Notes under the pieces: model-generated | The model's database searches: none | What the model saw: only the letters and a program-made list of their open reading frames with translations | Told to the model about the DNA's origin: nothing | Made by a program: the position numbers and the translations under genes | NCBI GenBank assembly: GCA_021798115.1 | Contig: JAJZYM010000008.1 | Coordinates: 3,709-67,708 of the forward strand | Source: Pseudomonadota bacterium | GTDB taxonomy: Bacteria; Pseudomonadota; Gammaproteobacteria; JAKAQQ01 | Direction of reading: 5' to 3' | Length of the DNA: 64,000 bases | In this document: piece by piece, positions 56,509 to 64,000 of the stretch | Position numbering within the stretch: the stretch's first letter is position 1 | How the letters are laid out: each line of letters opens with the position of its first letter

Positions 56509-58365
56509 ATGCCCCTCGCTCCCGCGGCCTTGGATCCTCACGGACTTCCGCCCCTCGGTTTCCACGCCGCGGCCGTCCTCCTCCTCGTCGTCGCGGCCCT
56601 CTGGTTCTACAGCCGGCCGAAGATCTCCATCGAGACGACGAGCCTCGGGATCCTGGTCGTCCTGCCTTTTCTTTTCGCCGTCGCGCCGCTGGCCCGTCAC
56701 GGCCGCCCGCTCGACCCCACGGTCTTCTTTTCGGGGTTCAGCAACCCGGCCCTCGTCGCCATCGTCGCCCTCATGGTCGCCGGGAGCGCCGTCGTCCGCA
56801 CCGGCGCCCTCTTCCCCCTCGTCCGTCTTCTGCGCCGGATCTGGGCGGCCGCCCCGCGTCTGGCTCTCCTCATGATCCTCGTCACCACGGCCTTCCTGAG
56901 CGCCTTCGTGAACGACACCCCCCTCGTGATTCTCCTCATCCCCCTGCTCATCGAGATCGCCTCGACGAGCGGAAAGACGTCACCGACACAGGTGCTCATG
57001 CCCCTCGGATTCGCGGCTCTCATCGGGGGGATGTCGACCACCATCGGGACGGCCACCAATCTCATCGTCGTCTCCTTCGCCCGCCGGCTGGGGCTTCCCC
57101 CCATGGGCATGTTCTCGTTCACGCTGCCGGCCGTCTGCGCCGGCGGCGTCGGCCTCCTCTATCTCTGGCTCGTCGCCCCGCATCTCCTTCCCAATCGCCG
57201 CCCCCTCGCCCGTGACGACTCGCGGCGGCGTTTCCGCGCGCTCCTCGAGATCACCGCAGAGAGCCCCGCGGTCGGTCACAGCCTTGCCGAGGCGCAGTCC
57301 CAGGCAGAAGGGCTTCGGACGCGTCACCTCATCCGTGAAGGGCGTCTTCCGATCGCGCCCCTCCCGGACCTCACCCTCGCGGCCGGCGACCGCCTCGAGA
57401 TCGAGGACACGCCCGCGCGCCTCAAGGAATACGAGACGGTGCTCAAGGGCCGGCTCTACGCCGGCGACAAGCCGTGGCCCGAAGGGGCGAATCCCGAGGC
57501 CGGCGACGACCAGCAGCTCGCGCAGGTCGTCATCATGCCCGGCTCGCGTCTCAGCGGACGCACGCTCAAGGATCTCGAGTTCGCCCTCCGCTACGATCTC
57601 GTGCCCCTCGGCATCTACCGCCGGGGCTCGCCCCTCAAGGCCGTGGACATCGAAGACGAAGCTCTTCTCCGCGGGGACGTGATCCTCGTCCAGGGGGCAC
57701 GGGAGCGCATTGCCCAACTGCGCGGGAGCGGACAGCTCACGCTCCTCGACGCCACCACCGATCTTCCCCGGAGCGCCAAGGCCAATCTCACCCTCCTCAT
57801 CATGGCCGCCATCGTGTTGCCGCCCGCTCTCGGGGTCCTCCCGATCGCGGTCACGGCCCCCTTCGGGATCCTGCTCATGGCGGTGAGCGGGGCGATCCGC
57901 TGGCGGGAGGCGACGGGAAGCGTGAACACCGGGGTCATCCTTCTCATCGCGGCGGGAGTGGCTCTGAGCCTGGCGCTCATGGACACCGGGGCGGCGCGGT
58001 TTCTGGCCGATCTCGTACTCCTCGGCACGCGCCACTGGCCTCCGGCGCTGCTCATCGCGCTCATCCTGCTCGCCGTGGCCCTCCTTGGCAACGTCGCCTC
58101 GCACACCACCGCGGCGCTCGTCGGGCTCCCGATCGCCGTGGCCATGGCCCGTGGGCTGGGGCTCCCGCCCGAGCCCTTTCTTCTCGCGGTCCTCTTCGGG
58201 GCCAACCTGGGCTACGCGACCCCCCTCGCCTACCAGACGAACGTCCTCGTGATGACCGCCGCCGGCTACGAGTTCCGCGACTTTCTCCGTGTCGGCCTTC
58301 CCCTCCTCGTCCTCATGGCGACCCTCCTCGGCTTCCTCATTCCGGCCTTCTTTCCCTTGCGCTGA
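56509..58365 (+). CDS. SLC13/DASS-superfamily permease with two central TrkA-C (RCK_C) domains (YfbS-like)
   Basis: The N- and C-terminal membrane halves are separated by two soluble ~70-aa modules (…LTLAAGDRLEIEDT…; …VIMPGSRLSGRTLKDLEF…GDVILVQG…), which are typical of TrkA-C. Confidence 0.75.
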   Translation: MPLAPAALDPHGLPPLGFHAAAVLLLVVAALWFYSRPKISIETTSLGILVVLPFLFAVAPLARHGRPLDPTVFFSGFSNPALVAIVALMVAGSAVVRTGALFPLVRLLRRIWAAAPRLALLMILVTTAFLSAFVNDTPLVILLIPLLIEIASTSGKTSPTQVLMPLGFAALIGGMSTTIGTATNLIVVSFARRLGLPPMGMFSFTLPAVCAGGVGLLYLWLVAPHLLPNRRPLARDDSRRRFRALLEITAESPAVGHSLAEAQSQAEGLRTRHLIREGRLPIAPLPDLTLAAGDRLEIEDTPARLKEYETVLKGRLYAGDKPWPEGANPEAGDDQQLAQVVIMPGSRLSGRTLKDLEFALRYDLVPLGIYRRGSPLKAVDIEDEALLRGDVILVQGARERIAQLRGSGQLTLLDATTDLPRSAKANLTLLIMAAIVLPPALGVLPIAVTAPFGILLMAVSGAIRWREATGSVNTGVILLIAAGVALSLALMDTGAARFLADLVLLGTRHWPPALLIALILLAVALLGNVASHTTAALVGLPIAVAMARGLGLPPEPFLLAVLFGANLGYATPLAYQTNVLVMTAAGYEFRDFLRVGLPLLVLMATLLGFLIPAFFPLR

Positions 58366-58483
58366 TCCCGCCTCCCTCCAAGGCCCTCCGGAACCCGGCT
58401 TTCACCGAGCCCGTGGGGAATCCTTCCTCGGCGACCGCAAAGATCCGCTCGGCAAGCAAGCAAGTGCTTTCTGGGCCCGCACA

Positions 58484-58529
58484 GGATAAAATTACTTATA
58501 GATATGTACCTGAATAGGTAATTTTATCC
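58484..58529. promoter_or_regulatory. 12-bp perfect inverted repeat (ggataaaattac ... gtaattttatcc) abutting the AbiEi start codon; candidate autoregulatory operator
   Basis: The repeat is read directly in an AT-rich stretch, and the right arm ends at 58529 with the ATG at 58530. Confidence 0.4.
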
Positions 58530-59150
58530 ATGGCACAGCGTGGAGGCTCTGTTCCCCGGAAGTATCAGTCGATTCGGCTGATCCAGGAGCAAGGCGGGCC
58601 AATCAGGACCGGTGAGGCCCTGAAGGCCGGTATTCATCCCCGCACCCTCTATCAGCTTCGCGATGAGGGGATCTTGGTTGTTGTGTCCCGTGGCGTCTAC
58701 CGGCTGGCAGATGCTCCACCCCTCAGCAGCCCGGATCTCGTTACGGTCGCGCTGAGGGCACCGCAGGCCGTGGTCTGCCTTGTTTCCGCGCTGGCCTTCC
58801 AAGAGATGACAACGCAGATTCCCCACGCCGTCGCCGTCGCCCTGCCGAAGGGAGCCGAGGCGCCCAGAATCGCCCACCCCCCCATTTCGGTTCACCGCTT
58901 CTCCGGCCATAGCTTCATCGCCGGAATCGAGACGCACAGGATCGACGGGGTGGCTGTCCGCGTCTACGGACCCGAAAAGACTCTGGCGGACTGCTTCAGG
59001 TTTCGCAACAGGCTCGGAATGGACGTTGTCCTGGAAGCCCTGAAATTCTACAAAGCGAGAAAGCCGTTCCGAGTTGATGATCTTCTTAAATACGCCAGAA
59101 TTTGCCGGGTGGAGCGTGTCATGCGACCCTACCTTGAAACGCTGGTATGA
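58530..59150 (+). CDS. AbiEi-family antitoxin/transcriptional regulator (type IV TA, abortive-infection AbiE)
   Basis: The N-terminal winged-helix region (…LRDEGILVVVSRGVYRLAD) and the C-terminal domain (…VVCLVSALAFQEMTTQIPHAVAVAL…VYGPEKTLADCFRFRN) follow the AbiEi_4 pattern. The local GC is lower, at ~58%. Confidence 0.75.
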   Translation: MAQRGGSVPRKYQSIRLIQEQGGPIRTGEALKAGIHPRTLYQLRDEGILVVVSRGVYRLADAPPLSSPDLVTVALRAPQAVVCLVSALAFQEMTTQIPHAVAVALPKGAEAPRIAHPPISVHRFSGHSFIAGIETHRIDGVAVRVYGPEKTLADCFRFRNRLGMDVVLEALKFYKARKPFRVDDLLKYARICRVERVMRPYLETLV

Positions 59151-59407
59151 AGGGGGGATCACCTCGAAACGCTTCCGCGTCGGTTCGCCAGCGGCTCCTG
59201 AACAAAGCGCGTGCGGACAAGCGCCCTTTTAACGAACTGCTCCAATACTACGCGATGGAGCGGTTCCTGTATCGTCTGTCTTGTTCTCGGGAGGAACCTG
59301 CGCTCGATGCCGCGATGCGCCACCTTCGCGACCGCATTCTGGAAGCGGGCGGAGCTGTTTTGATGTCGTCACGCGCTTACGCAAGACTCGATAACAACTC
59401 GGCATGA
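59147..59407 (+). pseudogene. Truncated AbiEii/AbiGii nucleotidyltransferase toxin (N-terminal ~45 aa only)
   Basis: SPRNASASVRQRLLNKARADKRPFNELLQYYAMERFLYRLS matches the conserved AbiEii N-terminus. The gene then diverges and stops after 86 aa, whereas full-length proteins are about 290 aa. It overlaps the abiEi stop by 4 nt, which is typical TA coupling. Confidence 0.55.
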
Positions 59408-59787
59408 AGACAATGAGCGCCCACGTCGAGCACTTCAACCGGACTGCCCAAGAGTCCTTCGTGGACGACCCCGAAGATCTGCTCTTTGCCGACCTCGCCC
59501 TCTTCAACCGGAAACTCGCCGACGGACTGGTGTTCCACAACGCCCAGCGGCCTCACCGTCGTCACGGTCCGCGCTCCCCCCTACAATTCGTCTTCCTGCA
59601 CCAACCCGAGTGCCAAAGGTGGTGGACGCACACGGCCTTGCAAATCTCAGGGGCGACCTGTACAATCGCCCGCGTCTGGTTTAGCCGTGACGATCGACCG
59701 ACCGTGAACGATTGTTGTAGTCGTCCCCCACCCCGCACGGGCTCTTGGGCGCCGTCGGTGATCGTCTCTCGTGCTCCCATGACGTGA
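59404..59787 (+). pseudogene. Transposase fragment (C-terminal end of rve/DDE integrase core, IS481/IS3-like)
   Basis: HVEHFNRTAQESFVDDPEDL...NRKLADGLVFHNAQRPHRRHGPRSPLQF matches the terminal (E)RFNRTLKEE...YN..RPH...g..(S/T)P block of rve transposases. Only about 60 aa is recognisable. Confidence 0.5.
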
Positions 59788-59980
59788 GGCCTCGCCGGCC
59801 GGGCCTTTCCCCAAGAGGCCGAGCTTCCCGGGATTTCGGCCGTGAAGCTCGACTCGAAAAGCCCCGAGGATGGATCGACGCAGCAGAAGGGGGGCTCGGA
59901 AACGCCCCGCTCCGCGGATTCTCTCGATCGGCACGACGGACTGGAGCGATGCCGTTCCTCCGCCCGTCGAGGTCCCCGTC

Positions 59981-61351
59981 ATGAACACGATCGCCAACCG
60001 CGCCGATTCCCTCCCCAAGGACGTGGCGGACGACACCCATGGGCTTCGTCACCGCCTTCGTGACCGTCTTCACGTCTACGAGCTCCGCCGGAAGAAAACC
60101 CTTCTGAGCCGCGTGCTCCTCGCCTTGGCCCTGGTCGGCCCCGGCATTTTGGTCATGCTGGGAGACAACGACGCCGGGGGGGTGCTCACCTACGCCCAGA
60201 CCGGTGCCGCTTACGGACTGGGGATCTTTCTTCCACTCCTGATCCCTCTCGGGGTCATCGCCTACGTCGTCCAGGAGATGACCATCCGGCTGGGGGCCGT
60301 CACCCGCCGCGGGCACGCCGAACTCATCTGGCGGCGTTACGGACCGTTCTGGGGGATCTTCTCGCTCTTCGATCTCGTGGCCGCCAACGTCCTCACGCTC
60401 ATGACGGAGTTCATCGGCATCAGCGTCGGGCTTTCGTTCTTCGGGGTCCCGGGCTGGCTGAGTGTCCTTCTCTCGCTCCTCTTCATCACTTACGTCCTCG
60501 TGTTTCTCCGCTACTGGAGCTGGGAGCGGATCTCCCTCTGGGTGGCCGTCTTCAATCTCGTGTTCGTGCCGGTCGTGATCCTCGCCCACCCCGACTGGGG
60601 GGCGGTCGCGCGGGCCTTCGTGGGCGCCCACTGGCTCGTCTCCGGGGGGTTCCTCTCGGCCACCTTCCTCATGCTCCTCTCCGCCAATATCGGAACCACC
60701 ATCGCGCCCTGGCAGCTCTTTTTCCAGCAGTCCTGCGTGGTCGACAAAGGGCTTCTGCCGGAAGACATCCCGGCGAGCCGTCGCGATCTCATGATCGGGG
60801 TGGCCGGCATGGTGGCCGTGGCCCTCGCGATCATCGCGCTCGGAGGCGCCTTCCTGCACGGGCTTCCGGACGCCCAGAATCTTTCCGCCCTCGTCGTCAT
60901 CCACGACCTCGTCCAGCGGATCGGGACGCTCGGGGCCAAACTCTTCGCCCTTGGCCTCGTCGAGGCCGGGCTCATCGCCTCGATCGTCATCACGGCGAGC
61001 TCGGCCTGGGCGATCGGCGAGGCGTTCGAGCTCCCCCGCTCGATCAACGCCCGCCCCCGCGATGCCTGGGCGTTCTACGCCCCGGCGCTCTTCGGGACGG
61101 TCCTCGCCGGAGCTTTCGTCCTCCTGCCCAAGCTTCCGCTCGGCTTCCTCAACCTGAGCGTCCAGGTCATCGCCACGGTGTTCATGCCCGCCGCGATGCT
61201 CTTCCTCCTGATGCTCCTCAACGATCGCGAACTCATGGGCGAGTACGTCAACAGTCCGCGCCGAAACGCGGTCTCGATCGCCATCCTCGTTCTCCTCATC
61301 GTCTGTAACGCCCTCTACGGGCTCGTCACCCTGTTCCCCAAGGCCCTCTGA
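59981..61351 (+). CDS. mntH: Nramp-family divalent metal (Mn2+/Fe2+) transporter
   Basis: LALVGPGILVMLGDNDAGGVLTYAQTGAAYG is the Nramp DPGN-region equivalent. The protein is about 456 aa with 11-12 transmembrane segments. The start was trimmed to MNTIANRAD. Confidence 0.85.
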   Translation: MNTIANRADSLPKDVADDTHGLRHRLRDRLHVYELRRKKTLLSRVLLALALVGPGILVMLGDNDAGGVLTYAQTGAAYGLGIFLPLLIPLGVIAYVVQEMTIRLGAVTRRGHAELIWRRYGPFWGIFSLFDLVAANVLTLMTEFIGISVGLSFFGVPGWLSVLLSLLFITYVLVFLRYWSWERISLWVAVFNLVFVPVVILAHPDWGAVARAFVGAHWLVSGGFLSATFLMLLSANIGTTIAPWQLFFQQSCVVDKGLLPEDIPASRRDLMIGVAGMVAVALAIIALGGAFLHGLPDAQNLSALVVIHDLVQRIGTLGAKLFALGLVEAGLIASIVITASSAWAIGEAFELPRSINARPRDAWAFYAPALFGTVLAGAFVLLPKLPLGFLNLSVQVIATVFMPAAMLFLLMLLNDRELMGEYVNSPRRNAVSIAILVLLIVCNALYGLVTLFPKAL

Positions 61352-61366
61352 AGGGAGGATCCGGCC

Positions 61367-61564
61367 GTGAAGAAACTCGAAGAGTATTCCCCCCAGGAAA
61401 TCCAGACCCTGCTCGACAAAGAAGCGTGGGCGCGACCGCTTCCCCCCGTCACCCGGGCTCGCTTCCGCCCCTGGCAGCAGGTTGTGTTCTGGACGCTTCG
61501 CCTCTACATCGTCGCCATGCTCATCGTGGTCTTCTGGGCCTTCTGGCACGGAGCCGGAGCCTAG
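61367..61564 (+). CDS. Small (65-aa) single-TM protein immediately downstream of mntH
   Basis: One clear hydrophobic helix (VVFWTLRLYIVAMLIVVFWAFW) is present, and the gene starts 16 nt after the mntH stop. There is no recognisable family motif, so it could be spurious. Confidence 0.35.
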   Translation: MKKLEEYSPQEIQTLLDKEAWARPLPPVTRARFRPWQQVVFWTLRLYIVAMLIVVFWAFWHGAGA

Positions 61565-61743
61565 AGGCTCATCCAGGCACGCGGAGCGGTCGCTCCGCGG
61601 CCGTGCAGTGCCGCCCAGCCGAGGGCCGGCTATGGCGCAAGCGGCTCATTCAACGCGGGAACCCCGCTTGACGGCCTGTCGGGAGGCACAGACGATGCCG
61701 TGCAACACCTCGGATCCACGTATACTTCTCGTCAAGCCGTTAA

Positions 61744-62226
61744 GTGGGTCCACGGATGAGTCCTGAGTACTTTGCAAAAATTGTTTGGAACAGTGACGGT
61801 GTCGACTTCAGGACCGGCAAATATAGCAGGGCACACACCTGGAGCTTTGACGGCGGTATTGAAGTCAAAGCATCAAGTTCCCCGCATGTCGTTCCCCTTC
61901 CATTTTCTTCGGAAAATGCCATTGATCCCGAAGAGGCGTTTGTTGCGTCAATATCCAGCTGTCATATGTTGTGGTTTTTGTCTATCGCCGCAAAAAAGGG
62001 TTTTTCCGTCAAGTCTTATCAAGATGAAGCATCCGGAATCATGGGAAAGAATTCTGATGGAAAGACGGCAATACTTTCTGTAACTTTAAGGCCAAAAGTG
62101 GAATTTACAGGCTCAAATATTCCCTCACCGGAAACTATTGAAAGTATGCATGAAACAGCGCATTCAGAATGTTTCATTGCATCATCGGTAAAAACGGGAG
62201 TACTGTGCCAACCAATTTTCACTTAA
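61744..62226 (+). CDS. OsmC/Ohr-family (peroxiredoxin-like) protein
   Basis: Two conserved Cys-containing blocks are present (ASISSCHMLWFLSIAAKKG; HETAHSECFIAS). The gene lies in a ~45% GC islet, which contrasts sharply with the ~70% background. The start is 61744 or 61756. Confidence 0.7.
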   Translation: MGPRMSPEYFAKIVWNSDGVDFRTGKYSRAHTWSFDGGIEVKASSSPHVVPLPFSSENAIDPEEAFVASISSCHMLWFLSIAAKKGFSVKSYQDEASGIMGKNSDGKTAILSVTLRPKVEFTGSNIPSPETIESMHETAHSECFIASSVKTGVLCQPIFT

Positions 62227-62521
62227 CAAGCCCCTGCAGCCCACGCGCTGCGTGTTCCGGACAGTTTTTAACTCGCAGTTTTATGGGGCTGCTACGCAAA
62301 AGTCTTCCATAAAGCCACGGCTCAAGAACTGCTGCTGAACCCGGCATCAGGCGTCAGGGAACAAAGCCTGAGCATGGATCCGTCGCCCCCGCGCATGCGG
62401 GGATCGTCTGTCGACCGCCGGCTCGGCGGCCTGACACTGACATGATCTCCCTATAACAACCCCTCAATTCCTTTATCGCACCCCGATGTGTCGCGATGAG
62501 GGCGCCGGATGCGAGGGCAGC

Positions 62522-63112
62522 CTAGCCCGGGGCTCGCGGTGAGCGTCGCTTTCTGGAGGTATGCTTTCGCGAACGCTCCCGTCCCTCGAGCTTGTGGAGG
62601 ATGGCCCGGAGAACCGGTGAGATCCGGTGGAGCTCGGCGCGGTGGCGCCGGCTCAGCCGGTCCAGGAGGTGCCGGGCTTTCGGGGTCAGCCGGAGGCGGA
62701 CTTCGCGCTTGTCCCGGACCGATCCCACGCGCCGGAGATATCCGGCCGCCACGAGGCGGTCGACGAGTCCGACGGCGCTGTGGTGACGGATCAGGAGCTT
62801 CTGGGAGAGTTCCCCGATCGTGGGCTCGAGAGCCCCTGATGTCCCCTGAATCGCAAGCAAGGCCTGGTGCTGCTGCGGAGTGAGCCCGTCGGCCCGGGCG
62901 GCCGTTTCACTGAAAACCAGAAACTTCCGGATATGGTGCCGGAAGTAGGCAAGGAGTTCGTAATCCTCCTGCGACAGCGGGGGCTCTCTTTGACCCCCGA
63001 CCCCAGCTCGCCGGGAGGAGGATGGGGTCCGGGCAGCGCGCCGGAACCCGTGGGAAGGGGGCTCGTCACCGCGGTTTCCGGTCCGTGCCACGTCGCCTCT
63101 CCGGTGGACCAT
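62522..63112 (-). CDS. MarR-family transcriptional regulator
   Basis: A winged-HTH is present (LTPQQHQALLAIQGTSGALEPTIGELSQKLLIRHHSAVGLVDRLVAAGYLRR). The start was trimmed to MVHRR at 63112, immediately next to an AT-rich palindrome. Confidence 0.75.
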   Translation of the reverse strand: MVHRRGDVARTGNRGDEPPSHGFRRAARTPSSSRRAGVGGQREPPLSQEDYELLAYFRHHIRKFLVFSETAARADGLTPQQHQALLAIQGTSGALEPTIGELSQKLLIRHHSAVGLVDRLVAAGYLRRVGSVRDKREVRLRLTPKARHLLDRLSRRHRAELHRISPVLRAILHKLEGRERSRKHTSRKRRSPRAPG

Positions 63113-63175
63113 GTGCGATAATATAATATATCGTAATACGATACTCTTGTGTCCCCCTCTCTGCAAGAGCGCTCC
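63113..63175. promoter_or_regulatory. Divergent marR/ClC promoter region with AT-rich near-palindrome (cgataatataatatatcgtaatacgat)
   Basis: This 63-bp AT-rich spacer lies between divergent start codons in an otherwise 70% GC region. atcgtaatacgat is nearly self-complementary, which suggests a candidate MarR operator. Confidence 0.35.
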
Positions 63176-64000
63176 ATGTCCCATCGCGCCCTCACGTTCC
63201 TGCGCCGCCTCCGCCCCAAGATCGTCAAAAGCACGGGCGACTATTCCGCAGGAGAGCCGATCCTCCGACTGAGCCTGCTCGCGGGGCTCGTGGGCAGCAT
63301 CGCGGCACTCATGGGTTGGGTGCTCCTCAAGCTGATCGCCTTTGTGATCAACGCCGCCTATTACGGCCAGTGGAGCTTCGTGCACCATTCGATTCCCAAT
63401 CATCTGGCCTGGACCTCGATCCTGGTTCCTGTGGTGGGAGGCATCGTGGTCGGGTTGATGGCCCGCTACGGATCCCGGCAGATCCGGGGCCATGGGATCC
63501 CGGAAGCCATGGAGGCCGTCCTGGAAAACGAGAGCCGTATTCCGCCGCGGGTGGCCTGGCTCAAGCCGTTGGCCTCGGCGGTGAGCATCGGGACCGGTGG
63601 CCCCTTTGGTGCCGAAGGCCCGATCATCATGACCGGCGGGGCTCTCGGTTCGGTTTTTGCACAGCTCCTCCGCCTGAAGCCGGCCGAGCGCAAAACCCTC
63701 CTCGCCGCCGGGGCGGCCGCCGGCATGACCGTCATTTTCGGGACTCCGGCCGCGGCCGTCCTGATGGCGGTTGAACTCCTCCTTTTCGAGTGGAAGCCGA
63801 GAAGCCTCGTTCCCGTCGGCGTCGCCGCCGTGATCGCCCAGTTCCTGCGACCGTTCCTGATCGGAACCGGCGCCATGTTCCCGATGCCCGAATCCGCTCT
63901 CCTCCCCCTCTCCGGATTCCTCTGGTGCCTTGCGGCGGGCGTCGTGGCCGGATTGCTCGCCATGGCGCTCACCCAGCTCGTCTATTTCTTTGAGCGGCAG
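63176..64000 (+). CDS. ClC-family voltage-gated chloride channel / H+-Cl- antiporter (partial, 3' end beyond window)
   Basis: Manual translation from the ATG at 63176 gives the ClC signatures GHGIPEAM (GSGIPE), GTGGPFGAEGPII (GKEGP) and FGTPAAAVLMAVELL. There is no stop in the window. Confidence 0.8.
   Translation, partial: MSHRALTFLRRLRPKIVKSTGDYSAGEPILRLSLLAGLVGSIAALMGWVLLKLIAFVINAAYYGQWSFVHHSIPNHLAWTSILVPVVGGIVVGLMARYGSRQIRGHGIPEAMEAVLENESRIPPRVAWLKPLASAVSIGTGGPFGAEGPIIMTGGALGSVFAQLLRLKPAERKTLLAAGAAAGMTVIFGTPAAAVLMAVELLLFEWKPRSLVPVGVAAVIAQFLRPFLIGTGAMFPMPESALLPLSGFLWCLAAGVVAGLLAMALTQLVYFFERQ

Noticed and set aside
1-64000. CRISPR arrays, rRNA genes, prophage structural genes, integrons
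   Set aside because: No regularly spaced direct repeats, rRNA-like conserved stretches, phage capsid, terminase or integrase ORFs, or attC-like sites were seen on either strand.

Overview
This is a ~70% GC bacterial chromosomal window. The gene content and local synteny (uvrY-like regulator, uvrC, pgsA, tRNA-Gly/Cys/Leu, gstA, opgGH, ybhGFSR-like ABC operon, fumC, purB, mnmA, acnA) resemble a high-GC proteobacterium, probably gammaproteobacterial. Most of the window is housekeeping or envelope function. Called genes include an M13 and an S9 peptidase, a Zn alcohol dehydrogenase, an osmoregulated periplasmic glucan (OPG) cluster, an alpha-2-macroglobulin/PBP1C pair, a HlyD/ABC/ABC-2 export operon, a lysine catabolic pair (saccharopine dehydrogenase plus ALDH7-type dehydrogenase), uppP, DegV, a K+ channel, fumC, purB, mnmA, acnA, a TrkA-C-containing SLC13 transporter, an Nramp (MntH-like) transporter, MarR, and a partial ClC channel at the window end. 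The most unusual structure is at the tRNA cluster. The conserved unit (uvrC 3' end, pgsA, tRNA-Leu) occurs twice in the same orientation. One copy is intact at 27.0-29.6 kb. The other is a diverged, truncated remnant (uvrC'/pgsA' at 18.1-18.6 kb and a degenerate tRNA-Leu' at 11.4 kb), with the OPG genes lying between the remnant pieces. The A2M-pbpC pair and a miniature IS256-derived element with terminal inverted repeats sit between the two copies. Other signs of genome plasticity are a decayed tandem copy of the uvrY-like response regulator and a partial ybjQ duplicate. There is also an AbiEi antitoxin whose AbiEii toxin partner is cut short by a transposase fragment, and a ~45% GC islet carrying an OsmC-like gene. 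No CRISPR array, rRNA or prophage was seen. The large antisense ORFs in the six-frame track are high-GC artefacts. All functional calls come from motif and family recognition by eye and need database confirmation.
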